Assembly: GCA_013265495.1 (NCBI GenBank)
Contig: MU057930.1
Location: 1,380,057 to 1,444,056 of the forward strand
DNA from: Vicugna vicugna
Taxonomy: Eukaryota
Direction of reading: 5' to 3'
DNA: 64,000 nt
Under the pieces are notes generated by a model. The model ran no database searches, was not told the DNA's origin, and saw only the letters and a list, made by a program, of their open reading frames with translations. How positions within the stretch are numbered: position 1 is the stretch's first letter; every line of letters begins with the position of its first letter. The position numbers and the translations under genes are program-made. Below are positions 11,229 through 25,020 of this stretch, in pieces.

Positions 11229-14200
11229 GATTGATCAATAATACAGGAACAGTGAAACTTAACATACTCAAATACATTTTTTTCTTAGGGTTTCAAGGGG
11301 GAAACCAGAGTGGGAAAGATAAAATAATTACAATTTAACTCTGAATGTACAATATGTACAAATTTAGAGCAAGCCGTGATTAAAAGAAAAAGATGTATGA
11401 ACAGCTACAAAAAAAAAAAAGGTTAATACTAATTTAAAACAAGTGTAGATCAGCATGCCCGTTTCATAAATTACATCATTTAATAAAACTATCTCAAATT
11501 AATTTTGTGACAATTGGATGTACGTAGCCTCCGATTCTTAACGGAAACCCAAATGAGCCAGTAGGTGAAAAACATCGTCTTTCGAAAATTATAATTTCTG
11601 TAATCAGTGGAATATTAACGAAGCTACTTGAAGACCGCAACTCTCATTTGAAATAGACTGCGCTAAACGTTCATTAAACAATTGGAGGAATGTGTAAATA
11701 GATTAAATAATACCCACATTACATCTGCAAAGATAATAACTCTGGTGTCCTCATGATGACTTCTCAATCACACACATGGCCGTTTGCCCTTAGAAGAGAT
11801 GAAATTTTCAGTTACCAAGTTGGCGATAATTGTAACCAAGGTAATAGGAAACGAGATCTATTTAGCAACATTTTGCTATTCAGTGTTAAGGGATATTGGG
11901 TTCTCTTCATAAAGTGCACCTTAGCAAGTGGCAAGTATGTAAACGCCTGTGTTATATTGCAGTGCCTCCCCCATTACCCTTCTTCTAAATAGAAATGACC
12001 AACACAAAGAGAAGCAAACATTTAAACCATTCCATTGACTCCAAGATGACCCTTCAGCGGCCAGCGCAGGTGAGTAGAAAAAGGTGATTCCGTTAACCGT
12101 ACACTTTGAGACGTCACTGTAATAAAAGCTTTCTACGAGCCCACAGTCTGAATGTGTAGATTAAACCACCTGTCACCCACCCCCATGGCTTGGGGTCCTT
12201 CTTACTATTTCCATAGGGGACGCTCTAACGTCCCACAGAGGCTCTAAGATTCTGTGTCATTCTCAGGCACACTGTCATCTCCATTTCAGGTAAAACTCTG
12301 AGATCGATGTATTTCCACCGACTTTCAGTGTGAACACAAGTTATGAAGGAGGTTCCTTGAAGTTAAAAACTCAGTCGTACAAAATCGTAGCAGGAACCTC
12401 TCAAATTTGGTATGTTCTATTTTTTTTTCAATGTTATATTTGCAAAGTTTGACAGAGACTGAAATCCCTACAGAGTTCAACACAAGACTGTAAGCAAAAT
12501 GGGACAATTTCATGCCATCTCTCCCATCCCTACAGGAAGGCGGATTAACGACGAAAAGATGAACACTTGTCTTCTTTTTATTGACGAACACTGCTGATGC
12601 ATTTTTGAAATTGATTTTCGCTACAATTTACTGGGATGTAGCAAGTTGACCCTCTCCTGACAAGGAAATTCCTTCCAATAGAATAATACAGCAATAGCTC
12701 CAAATGCAGCTTTGGTTTTAGAAGGAAACCAATTTCCACATAAGCGTGAAAAAAAGTATTTTTTTGATATGTGTCTCTTCAATAAACGCGGTGGTATTAG
12801 AAGAACTAGATATTAACAAAGATAAGCTACATGTCACGCTAGTTAATTTTTTACAAGGATCCAAGTCCAAAAAAAGAGCAGGTGAAACTTTAAATTAGCC
12901 AAGTATTTTCACCTCCAAGTTGCAGCATTAAAATGGGTTCAAAACCACGACAAACGCTTTTCTACTTTTTTCCCTAACAATTTATTTTTTGTATTGAAGT
13001 ACAGTCAGTTTACAATGTTGTGCCAATTTCAGGTGTACAGTGTTTTCGTAATCTTCAGGCTAACTTGGACCCTTTCAAGCTCCAGTCTTGTTTTCCAACG
13101 GTGGAAACAATAAATAGAATTGCTTTAAAATGTGGGGGAAAAAAGAGGATCCAAACAAACAAAATAAATAAATAAATAAAATGTGAAAAAAAACAAACCC
13201 ATAATTGTAGTTTTAAGGGTCGTCATGACTATTGCCTAGAGTTAACAAAAATATAAAGTGTAAATCAAATTAGAATTTCATAGTGGTTTAGATAAAAAAA
13301 AAATCTATTCCATAAGAGACATCCTACAAGAAACCTTATTTCTATGTTAATGTCCAATATCTCAGGTCTCACTGGGAAGTTCGGAGCTGGTCTTGAGTCT
13401 TCCCTCCAATTTTGGAATCGATTTGGCTTCACGACAATCAGATGTGGTAATTTTATAGCATGCATTCACTCAACATCTGCGGGCTTTCCTAGGATGCCGC
13501 CAAACGCTGTATATTTTGTAACACTTTCTCCCAGTGCAGTGATAGCATAAGCAAGATGTGGGAAATATTGGGGGACCCACAAAGGTTCTAATGTCAACGT
13601 TTGCCACTCATCACAAATGGCTAAAAAGTGGCATTTCCAACTTAGGTGGCTTCCAATGTTAAGTGGAAGGTTATTAGTGTTTTTTCCCCTCAAGGGGTAG
13701 ATCAAACCATGTTGACAAAAAACAAACAAACAAACAAACAAAAAAACCCACCAGCTCTCCCCACAGCGATAATGTGACTTAAACCCAGGGGTTGATTGCA
13801 CTTGGGGCCAAGAATGGAGGGCTGGTTCTGTTCAGTACTTTTTTTTTTTTTTCACAATTCTTTAGCAGAATGGGAAGAAAATTAAATGTGGGAAGCCCAG
13901 ACAGTGCTGTATGATTTTGTAGAATAAAGAAATCACAGCACTGTGAAAATAAGGAGAAAAACCAAAGGAAAATTTGAGAACTTCAAAGGAGATTGGAGCA
14001 AAATGCTTGGGAAGAAAGAGGCTGCCTTTGCCCAGGGTTGCAGAATTTGCGGGAACTGAGGCATTTAGAGAGGACATTTAGATCCGTCTCCCCTGAAAGG
14101 CTTCGGTAAGAGTCTGCGTGGTGTGTCAGTGCTTTTGGGGTTGAATATCCAGTTTTTGAATCCCTGGATACCCTTCCTGCTCTGACCGGCTCTGTGGATA

Positions 14201-14687
14201 GTGGGCGTTTTTAGGTTATTAGTAACGGACCAAGAACGAATTAGCAAAAGTTCTAAATGTCTCAGAAAGAAAAACAAGCAAAAAAAATGAACGTAGGGTT
14301 GGTTGGCATGGGAACACATCCAATGCTATAGCTCGTGTTTCTTCTCATTATGTATCATTCTCTGCTGCCCTTTCCTGAACTTGTTCACAAAGGTCAATTG
14401 TTTGGCTTTGCTTTTGGTTTGGTTTTCATCTGAGATTCCAAGTTTCCCCCAAGTTGCTACTTGTGTAAATTGTCAAAGCTGTGTCTCACTTGCCAACTAT
14501 CTAAGCTCTTCTGAACAGACCTTGGCATTCCTGGAGTGTCGCCTACACACAAAATGCTTTGCACCTTGGCTGAAATTCCCCACATTGCCATGGGTTCCCT
14601 TCTCTTACCTGAGTCCTTACCTGTGAACGGGCATCTCTACCCCTGCTCTTAACTATAACTCGCTCAAATCAGCCGTCAAAATTTGCC

Positions 14688-14918
14688 AAGATTTGCAAAT
14701 ATTAACTAGTATATATAAAAATAGATTGAAAAAAGCCAAATATCTTCCGTAGAGCACAGGGAACTATATGCAATATCTCCTAATAACCTTTAATGAAAAA
14801 GAAAATGAAAACTAATATATGTATGTATGTGCATGACTGGGACACTGTGCTGTGCACCAGAAATGGACACATGGTAACTGACTGTACTTCAATTAAAAAT
14901 TAATTAATTAAAAAAAAA
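14688..14918 (+). mobile_element. L1 3' UTR fragment
   Basis: agcacagggaactatat...gtgcaccagaaatggacac...gtacttcaattaaaa; same type as 19906-20138. Confidence 0.85.
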
Positions 14919-16234
14919 GATACCCCTTCTGTCACCTAAACATGAACTAGGCATTCAATAGATTTTATGTTCTACCAAATTGTAACACTGTTGCTATTAC
15001 ACTATTAGAGTTAGTGTGTCCCTCAATGTATCCATTTTTAGATGACATAACTATTTATGAAATCAATTGCCTTATCGGAGACATTTGGTGTCCAAAATAA
15101 AATATCTTAGACACCGGTTTTAAGCAAAATGAATTATTTAGGCACATTTAGGGAATGAAACAAAGTTAAGCTATCGATCTGAGGTTTTTCTCTTTTATTT
15201 TCGTCTTGTATAATTAACTACAGGATTGGATTTTAAAGTCGTCTCCTACTTTAAAACTTTGTCCTGATTTCCAAGACTGTCGAGGGACATGGATCTTAGA
15301 ATCCTATAGATGTAAATTTTTATCAGGCTGAGTAGCTTAATTGCCATTCGGGTGATTGAACCTCTCTAACCTAGTTTTGAAATGTATCGACCGTAGTAGC
15401 TCTTAGAATTCTCAGGCATGCAAGCATCAAAATGTCTAAAGTGGTTTTTTTCACTCTCCATTTTCCAAGTCAGTAAAAACAAAAAAAATGACAGGAGGTG
15501 AATGATTGAAACACGCAGCCTAACTTGAATCACGTCTTGCTTTTGCCAAACGTTTTCTTAACAAAACCTCAGACATGTCTTTCTTTTACTTCTGTGACAA
15601 TCATATAATGAAAAGACGTGACATGGTACCTTAACTGCACCCTCAACATGTTGACAATGAATAGGGGGAAATGTGAGAGAACGCTGTTTCTCTCCGTGGG
15701 GATTTTATTCCATCCCTTCAGTAAAGAGAGATCATGCACCTTGGCTGAGTTTCACAGACAGTGACTAAGTGTAATTTTGCAAATAATTGCAGCCATCTAA
15801 AGGAGAAAAGGGTCTCACTTCTGCTGTCATCCTGTTGTCTACTCCTGGTCTCCTTTCAATTCCGGATGACCACCTCAGAGGCATTCAGCCTGGCCTCAGA
15901 GCCCCCACACAATGTTTTCACACACAAACTACAGAAATGGTTGCACTGGGATTACAGGCCACCCTGCTGTTAAGTCCTAGGACCTCACGTTTAGCAAGCA
16001 GCATGTCTCATCTCTCCTGGACTCCTCTTGTTGAGCTGAGTACCTGACACCTATTAGACACCCAATGCATGTTTACTAAATAAATAAGACAGCCAATTAT
16101 GATCACATAAACCACAGGAACAAAGCCCAGAAAGGAAACAGAAAATAATCTATATTTAAATGTGGCTACAGATCCTCTGGGTCCCATTTAATATATATTT
16201 TTATATTCTAACATTATTATGGTTGCTACAGAAA

Positions 16235-16306
16235 ATTAAATGTCCATTGACAAATGACTGGAAAAAGAAGACGTGGTGCACGCACGCACACACACATACA
16301 CAAACA

Positions 16307-16350
<44 letters not shown>

Positions 16351-16830
16351 GGAATACTACTCAGCCACGAAAAAGAATGAAATAATGCCATTTGCAGCAA
16401 CATACATGGACCTAGAGATGATCATACTAAGTGAGGTAAGTCAGACAGAGAAAGAAAAATGAGATATCACTTACATGTGGAATCTTTAAAAAAATGATAC
16501 AAATACGCTGTTTTACAAGACAGAAAGAGACTCACAGACATAGAAAACAAACTTAAGGTTACCAAAGGGGAAAGCGGGGCGAGGGATAAATTGGGAGTTT
16601 GGGATTAGCAGATATACAAAGTACTGTATATAAAATAGATAAACAACAAGGTCCTCCTGTATAGCACAGGGAATTATATTCAATATCTTGTAATAACCTA
16701 TAATGGAAAATAATCTGAAAAAGATATATATGTATGTGTATAAATGTATATATAACTGAATGACTTTGCTGAATATTGAAACATTGTAAATCAACTATAC
16801 GTCAATAAAAATTTTAAAATAAAAATAAAA
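16235..16830 (+). mobile_element. L1 3' end containing an expanded (CA)n (~16279-16348)
   Basis: Translates [36 protein letters not shown] (ORF2 C-terminus), followed by 3' UTR and A-rich tail. Confidence 0.9.
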
Positions 16831-17995
16831 TATTTAAAAATATGCCTACAGACTCTTTGGCCTCATTTAATATTTGTTATATTCTAACATCATGATGTTT
16901 GCAACCAGGAAATTATTCAGTGTGTTTCATTTTACATACCAAGTGTCATTAATTAGCATGATTGTCAAATGCATGACTTGCTTTTTACAACCTGACCCAC
17001 TGTGTCTTCCTATTTTTTCTTAAAACTCATTAAATAAATGAATCTATCCACAAATGACTTGCTTTTCAGAGGAAGAGAACATTTAAACAGAACTACTCCT
17101 GTCCTTGCAACATCTATTTTTAAAGCAATTGTGCTGGCTATAGATTTGAGAAAGCCAGACATAAATCATAAAAGAGAAATAAATTGGGGTCTAAGAGATA
17201 TAAGAAACTGTCCACATACTTATCTGAATGCATTTCCAGATTTTGAAATTTCCTCCAGAGGAATGTGAATAGTCTGTTTATACAGTGAACACAATTTTGT
17301 AATTCCAGTGATACTTTATCCCAGGCTGAGCTGTTCACTAGAATTTGGAGGTGTGTATGATATTCGTTTGGTACACAGATATCTTCCAAAAACACCTTCT
17401 GGATTATTTTCTACAGAAAAAAATATTTTGAATATAGTTTTTTGATAGATGACATTCACAGGGTGCATGTATGAGATTTATATATGCCTGTGGCAATTTA
17501 GTATTCAGCACATTTTTAATTTCTCTCCCCATTGATGTGTATCCTATAAAATAAGCAGAATGAGGTATTTTTCAGAGGGCCTTTATTTTTACGTTTGTCG
17601 TGTAATATACAGAATTGTACCCTCACTGGTTGGCGATCATTATTAGATACGCTACTCCCCTCCTGTTCTTCACCGATCTCACTTTTATATACAACATTAC
17701 CTGGAAAATATTGAAGGAATTTAGTACAAGTGGCCCTCATTATCCTAATATAATTTGTCACACTCAAAGACCACTCAAAATGCACCCTGTAAGAATGTCA
17801 CCCTGTAATCTACCACGAAGATGTTTAAAAATTGAGAATTATCTTGCAAAAATAAAAGGATGGATGAAAACAGATGGGTTTATCCTTATAACTGACATCA
17901 TTCAAGTCATGTGAACTGTGTGTACGCGGTTACCTAAAAGTCTGCATGGGTGGCTGTTTCCTTTGGTGAAAAATGTCATTAAGAATGAGGGAACA

Positions 17996-18210
17996 ATAGA
18001 CTGGGATTTCAAAATTGTAGAATAGATAAACAAGATTACACTGTATAGCACAGGGAAATATACACAAAATGTTATGATAAATCACAGAGAAAAAAATGTG
18101 ACAATGAGTGTGTATATGTCCATGAATGACTGAAAAATTGTGCTGAACACTGGAATTTGACACAACATTGTAAAATGATTATAAATCAATAAAAAATGTT
18201 AAAAAAAAAA
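17996..18210 (+). mobile_element. Very short young L1 3' end with polyA and 15-bp TSD
   Basis: Identical to 9596-9800. TSD aagaatgagggaaca (17981-17995) / aagaatgagtgaaca (18209-18223). Confidence 0.95.
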
Positions 18211-18739
18211 GAATGAGTGAACACAGTGTGATTTATATGTGAATTAGCATAGCAACACGAGTCTGTTTAGTGGAAACCAAAAATGGAAATGGCTTTCCAA
18301 AGCTCTTGCCACCATCTCTCTCTGAATTCTTTGAGATTCTCTCTTTCTGTTTGAGTTTCCAACACTAGTTCATACCCCGAATTTCTACTATTAATTGGTA
18401 ATGAGAACTCCCAGGCTTCCCATTTGTTGGTGATTTTGCATCGGCTTCAGATAATTATCTGATATCATTTTTAACGTCTTGATAAAATTCTGGTTTTCTT
18501 TTTTTTTTTTTTTTGGCGAGGTTTAACATTGATTTCTGATTTGATGTCAACGTTTAGACACCTGTCAGTCCTACAGAAGCCACTTGATAGAAACAGTTAA
18601 AAGGATGGTCTAGGTGAGTTGATGGTATTAAGAAATAAGATTAATTTCTGTAGGGAAAAAAATTTCTAAGCAGCCAGTGTAGTAGAGAATGATTGGCACA
18701 AAATGAAAAATCTCACGTAATATGCAAAAATGTTTTTTT

Positions 18740-21700
18740 CATTCAAAATTCCCAACAGCGCTACAGACAAATAATTACAATTCCAAATCAAAGTCCAAAT
18801 GACAGCTATATCTGAACACCACTTTGGATGGACTTATGAGTTGAAATTTCAAGTAGAGTTGGGTGACGTATTTCAAATTTCAAATCAAATTTCAAAATCT
18901 GAATAACCCAGCGATCAAGCAGTGATAGACTCATTCACTCAAACGCTAAGCAACATCAGTGTACTTTCTGGATAAAATTATAAAGCTAGTGAAATATTCC
19001 AAGTCGTACTTGCGTGTTTAGTATTTCAACTTCTAATTCAAATTTCAGAATCAGATAACACTGGGAATAATTACTGGTACTCTTGTTATTTTCAATTCCA
19101 AATCGCACTATTGTACTTATTCACTTATATTCTGATTGTAATTTTTATTTTGATCTTAATTTATCCATGACAAACACTAATGCATGTATTGGTATAAACT
19201 GAAAATAGTCCTTTTGGTCCTATTAATTCAAGTCCTGATGCCAGCTCTGACATGCAGACTGCGTTGGTTCCAAGCACTGGGGCTATTATTAGTTCCAATC
19301 TCAAATAATAGTGGTGTAATTATGACCTCTTACTTCACTTAAAATCCAGAATCTAATATTTCGTAACACATGCTGTCACACTTAGTAGCTCAAACTCAAA
19401 ATCACGCTGACCCGTAAGTAGCTTACATTTTATGTCAATTTCTAGTGTTTCAGTGTCTCCTATAACAATCACTGGTACACACGTTATTTCAAGTAACAAG
19501 TAACACAGTGGTTTCGTTCATTCAAAATCAAAATCTAAAATCCAAGTAGATTCAAAACCAGAACCGGCAGACATATTACTTAGATTTCCTCATAACACTG
19601 TTGGAATTATGAGTTTACGTCGTGACCAATAACACCAAATTCAAAGAACTGTAGTAATAGTCAACGATGATTTTGTTTTCAAATTCCAAATAGTGCCCAA
19701 TGTATCTAATGTTTCCTATTTTATTCCTGCTCTCATCCCTAAGGATCTTCATAATGAGACATGGTGTGATGATTCATCCAAATTTCAGATAACACATGCT
19801 TACAGATTTAAATTCCAAACTGCAAGAGTTTACGTCCACGCTCAAATTCCAAATGAGACCGACTTACTTACCAATTCATGTCTCAATTCCAATCCTGAGA
19901 TGCAACAATTTGGGAGTTTGAGATTTGCAAATGTTAGCCACTACATATAAAAACAATGGATTAAAAAACAAATTTCTGTCTAGCACAGGAAACTAATTCA
20001 ATATCTTGTAATGACCTGTAATGAAAAAAAATATGAAAACAAATATATACGTATGGATATGCGTGACTGGGACAGTGTGCTGTGCACCAGAAATAGACAC
20101 ATGGTAACTGACTGTACTTCAATTAAAAAGAAAAAAAGACAACAGGATATGATGCCCTTCATCACTTCAAATCAAATAACCCTGATGTATTTATTCAGTC
20201 CTATGCCCACATGCAAGGGGCACCCATCACCACCTCAGCTCTACTTTTAACAGAAATGTCATTTCAATTCCAAAGTGTAAATAAATCTGACCCCAGGCAT
20301 GGGTAAGCTGATTCGTTTCAAATTTAAATGAACACTGGTGTGCTTAGTAACTTACATTCTAATTGGAATATCCTTGTAGCCATGATGGCAATGACACAAT
20401 GAGTGGCTCAAATGGTAGACAGCGAACGCCTTCCTGTGAACACAGATTCCAATTCACTCGCCAAAATCCAAGTCCCGGTGATAACAATTACCGGTCAACT
20501 TATTTGTTCTAATTCCAAATACTCGTGGTATCATCGCCAGTCCAAATTCCCATTAAAATTCCTAAATGAATCAATAACAAACACTGGTGAGCTTTGAACT
20601 CATATTATAAATGGCACTGGTGTCCCTAATAATGTAAGTTTTAACTATTAGTTTATTTTTCAGCTAGAATTCCGAATTCCAGAAATCTCACATAATAAGC
20701 ACTGTACTGCTAGGAGTTTAAATTCCTCATGTACCATGTGTTACTGACTCAAATTTCAATATAAATCCCCAAGTCCAAATACATGACTACTCATGATGCA
20801 CATTTTATGGGTCCTCTAGCAAGTAACGCTGCTGGAATTATCAGTTCAAGTTTCAAATAAAATTCCAATATACAAATTTCTCCAGTAAGAAGCATCGTTC
20901 CATTTATCTCTTCAAATCCCAAATAACACTAGTATATAAATATTTAAATTTCAGATAACAGCAGTTGATTTGTTAGATCGAACTCAAAATAACAGTGGTT
21001 TGCTTTAGAATTAATTTTGAAAAAAATCTACTAGCCCATTGATTAGCTAAAATTAAAAAGGACTGCATTCTATTTATTTGCTCAAACTCTAATTCAAGTG
21101 CTGCAAACCAAGAAATTAAAAGTAATTATAAAAAAAAAAAATCACTGATGCACTTACGAGTTCAAATTCCAAATACCACTGTTTTATTTATTAGTCCCAA
21201 TTCCAATGATAATTTTAAAATCTGAATAAATCTGATGACAATCACTGTCTGATGCATGTGTTATTTCAAAGTCTAATTAACACTGGTGTAGATTTCCTTG
21301 AAATTTAAATTCATATTCCAAGCAGCAATCATCCGAGGTCCACTTTTGCACATTATTTACAAATACTGTTAGTATATTTATTGATTCGATTGTAACGTAA
21401 ATGTTAAATTCCAGACAACAGTCTGGAAATTCCAATTGAAATTTCCAGCTGAAATTTGAATATGGAAGTAGCATTATTAACACGTGCTGGTACACTTGTT
21501 AATTCCACATGCAAACAACCCTAGTTAATTATTAGCTCCAATTGCAGTTCAAATTCCATTATCCAAATAAATCTGATAACACACACTTATTCATTTACTG
21601 GCTGAAATTCTAAATAACACTCTTAGACTTACTGCTTGAAACTCAGCCTGAATCAAATGTAAATGCACATTTCTAAATAACACACCAGTACATTCATTTG

Positions 21701-22830
21701 CTTAATATCCTAGTTAAAATTCAAAACCTCAGTTCAGGCCACAACAAGGATAGGTACTTGTATTAATTCCAATTCCACATAACATGGGTTTACTTATCAG
21801 CTCCTATGTCAAGTCAAATTCCAATATTCAAATATCTCTGGTAAAAAACGCTACCACACTGGTTAATTCAAACCCCAAGAAACCGAAGCACCCATTCAAA
21901 TTCTCAAATAACGATCTTTCACCTTTGATTCTCATTCTAGACAACACTGCTCTACCATTAATTCAAATTAGAATTCAACTTCCAAAATCCAAATAACTAT
22001 TATAGCAAATACTGGTATAGAATTATTTCAAATTCTGTGTAAAGCTGCCATTTTTATGTGTTCAAAATTGTGAAACCAAATATCTCAAAATTTCTAAGTA
22101 AACCAACAGCGGTACATTTAACAGCCGGGATTCCAGATTATGGTGGCTTGTTTCCTGATTCAGATTACAACGCACGCTCAGATTTCCAAATAATACCAAT
22201 GTTCTCTGGCTTGTTTCCCTAAAAACACAAATGCACTTCATTCTCATTACAATCCAAGTAGAATTTTACTCCAAATATTACGCACAAGCCCTGGGGCATT
22301 TAGGTCAAATAAACCTACTGGACTTACTTGTTCAAATTCAAATTCAAAACTCAAAGTATCTCCACATTTTGCACTTCCTAGTCTCAAATGCTGTAATACT
22401 GGTTGGTATATTAAATTAATTTATTAAATTTATTATTTATTTATTATAAATAAATTTATTAAATTAATTAACCATTGGTTAATATACACATTTACATTAG
22501 AAAATGTATGTAACTCTGTTAAGAGACAGGTGTGTGCTTGTACGCTCATATTCAAGTAACAAATGTGTGATTGTTCATTCAAATTTTCTTTCAAATGTCT
22601 ACATCTAAAGAACTCTGCAAATGAACACTGGTGTGCTTATTAATTTAAATGTCAAATTTAAAAACTCTACTGAGTGTAAAGAGATCTAAAAAGTTTGTAC
22701 TTACCAATATTGAAATGTAATGTTATTATATTATTCATAATTGTACTCATTTCCTTCTCAACTCAAATTCCAAATGCCCAATGACTCCAATAATAAATAG
22801 GCTTGTACTTATGATTTAAATCCAAATTTC
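18740..22830 (+). repeat. Highly degenerate tandem array, ~34-bp core (approx. TTCAAATTCCAAATAACACTGGTGTACTTATTAG) with longer variants
   Basis: Dozens of same-orientation aaattccaaat / aacactgg / acttatt variants. Consecutive 33-34-bp units are visible at ~20911-21010 and ~21160-21200. Confidence 0.8.
19906..20138 (+). mobile_element. L1 3' UTR fragment inserted in the degenerate array
   Basis: ttgggagtttgagatttgca...tagcacagg...gtacttcaattaaaaagaaaaaaa. Confidence 0.85.
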
Positions 22831-22994
22831 ACATGCAGAAGTCTGGATGTATTATCTGTTCATCATTTTTATTCATAGAAGGTGTTTAATATTACCTGAG
22901 GGATCTCTCTCCTGAGAGGAAAGAACACTTAGAGTATAACCAAGACTTTACATTAAGGTTATTTTACTTTAATGTTTGTTTTTAATGAAATTCC

Positions 22995-23447
22995 AGTCAC
23001 TCCACTCCTAGGTAAATGTCCAGCAAAGACAAAAACACTAATTCAAAAAGTTACCTGCACCCCGATGTTCCAAGAGCACGGCTTGCAATGGCCAAGACCC
23101 GGAAACCACCGAAGTGCCCATCAGGAGACAATGGATTAAGAAGATGTGGTGTATATATATTCATACACATTCATACATCTATTCATATATAGAATGGAAT
23201 ATTAGCCATTAAAAAAGAATGAGATTTTTGCCATTTGCAGCAACATGGATGGACCTAGAGAATATTATACTAAGTGAAATAAACAGACAGAGAAAGACAA
23301 ATACTGTATGATATCACTTACGCGCAGAATCTAAAAAAATACAACAAAGTAGTGAATACAACTGGAAAGAAACAGACTCACAGATACAGAAGACAAACCA
23401 GTGGTGACCAGTGGGGAGAGGGAAGACAGAGGGGCAAATTAGGGGTC
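22995..23447 (+). mobile_element. L1 ORF2-end/3' UTR fragment
   Basis: cctgcaccccgatgttc, gccatttgcagcaacatggatggacctagag, acagactcacagatacag. Confidence 0.9.
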
Positions 23448-24269
23448 TGAACTTGTCATTTTTTAAGGACGACCTGGGAATGAGGGTAACACCTGCGTCC
23501 TAAAGTTGTGACGCTTAAATGAACGAACCGGAGAATTCACTAAAATTTGTGGCACCAAGGAACAACACAGTCCATGAGCGCTACCGGAGGAATTCTTTAC
23601 AAAAACATTATATACAGATTACAGTGCTTGTGTGTGTTCTATTTTCTGGGGCAATAATATGCCTCATTAAAAAAAAAAAAGTTCTTCTGCATTGTTTTAT
23701 TACACATAATAATGACCATCCCCCTTTGATTAATATCACATAAATATGATTAGTATACGTAACTCCTTAATAATTAAATAGCTATTCAATTTCTAAATAA
23801 TGGTAGCAAGGTGATCAAAACAATGTGATGTATACTTATATGTTAAAATGTAATTGCTAAACTGATACATCTTTGAAAATGTGTTTCTTAAGGATACAAT
23901 GATTTTTGGAGTGCTTACTGAGAAGAAAAGCAACTAAAAATAAGCTGTTTCAGCAGCAAGAATTTTGTTTCTGTTAAGAAGGCGTATAAAAAACCAAAAC
24001 TCTATTTGAAAAGATGAGGATTGACTGTAAGCAGAATAAATATTTTATGACAAAACACATCATAGTTGAAGTTCTTATTTCAGTCCCACACAACAGTAAA
24101 AGACACTTTTTTTTTTTCCCACTCGAACTTTGCTGAATTCATTATCACACTTTGGGAAATGCTTTCAAGTTACTGTCATCCCACAAAACTGTGTTAAACT
24201 TGTTCAACGACACATTTTATCACTGCAATTTCACATTTTCTCTCTCGCTAATTCAAGGGAAAATGCTCT

Positions 24270-24515
24270 GAAAAGTACACAGTACAACATAGTTAACTCT
24301 AGGCTCTATGTGGTACAGTACGTCTCCAGAACTTTTGCATTTTGTATAATGTACGAACGACTGAATGGTTACACCTGTGACCAACATCTCCCCTTTTCCC
24401 CAAACCTCCAGGCCCTGGAAACCACCATTCTACTCTCAGATTCTGTGAATCTGACTCTTCCACATTCCTCATTCAAGTGGCATTATGCAGTTTTTGTCCT
24501 TCTGTATCTGGCTTC
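24270..24515 (-). mobile_element. Old L1 3' end fragment (antisense)
   Basis: ccctggaaaccaccattctactctc...ctgtgaatctgact...tttgtccttctgtatctggctt matches the antisense of L1MA/MB-type 3' UTRs. Confidence 0.7.
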
Positions 24516-24562
24516 TGTGAATAAATTGCTAAGACAACAGATCCCAGGTTAATTGTTCTTAT

Positions 24563-25020
24563 CACAATGGAATACTACTCAGCCATAAAAACTGACAACA
24601 TAACACCATTTGCAGCAACATGGTTGCTCCCGGAGAATGTCATTCTAAGTGAAGTAAGCCAGAAAGAGAAAGAAAAATACCATATGAGATCGCTCATATG
24701 TGGAATCTTAAAAAAAAAAAAGGATATAAATACAAAACAGAAACAGACTCATGGACATAGAATACAGACTTGTGGTTGCCAAGGGGGTGGGGGGTGGGAA
24801 GAGATAGACTGGGATTTCAAAATTGTAGAATAGATAAACAAGATTATACTGTATAGCACAGGGAAATATATACAGGATCTTGTGGTAGCTCACAGAGAAA
24901 AAAATGTGACAATGAATATATGTATGTTCATGTATAACTGAAAAATTGTGCTCTACACTGGAATTTGACACAACATTGTAAAATGATTATAAATCAATAA
25001 AAAAAGTTTAAAAAAAAAAA
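24563..25020 (+). mobile_element. Fairly young L1 3' end
   Basis: [47 protein letters not shown]; 3' UTR close to 9484-9800; polyA. Confidence 0.95.

Noticed and set aside
13265..13801. Overlapping ORFs in unique, balanced-composition sequence
   Set aside because: No recognisable protein similarity or convincing exon structure; an exon cannot be excluded without a homology search.
18740..22830. Array as a CRISPR array or a coding repeat
   Set aside because: No conserved repeat with unique spacers, no cas genes, and a eukaryotic context. The ~34-bp unit is not a multiple of 3 and only short ORFs occur.
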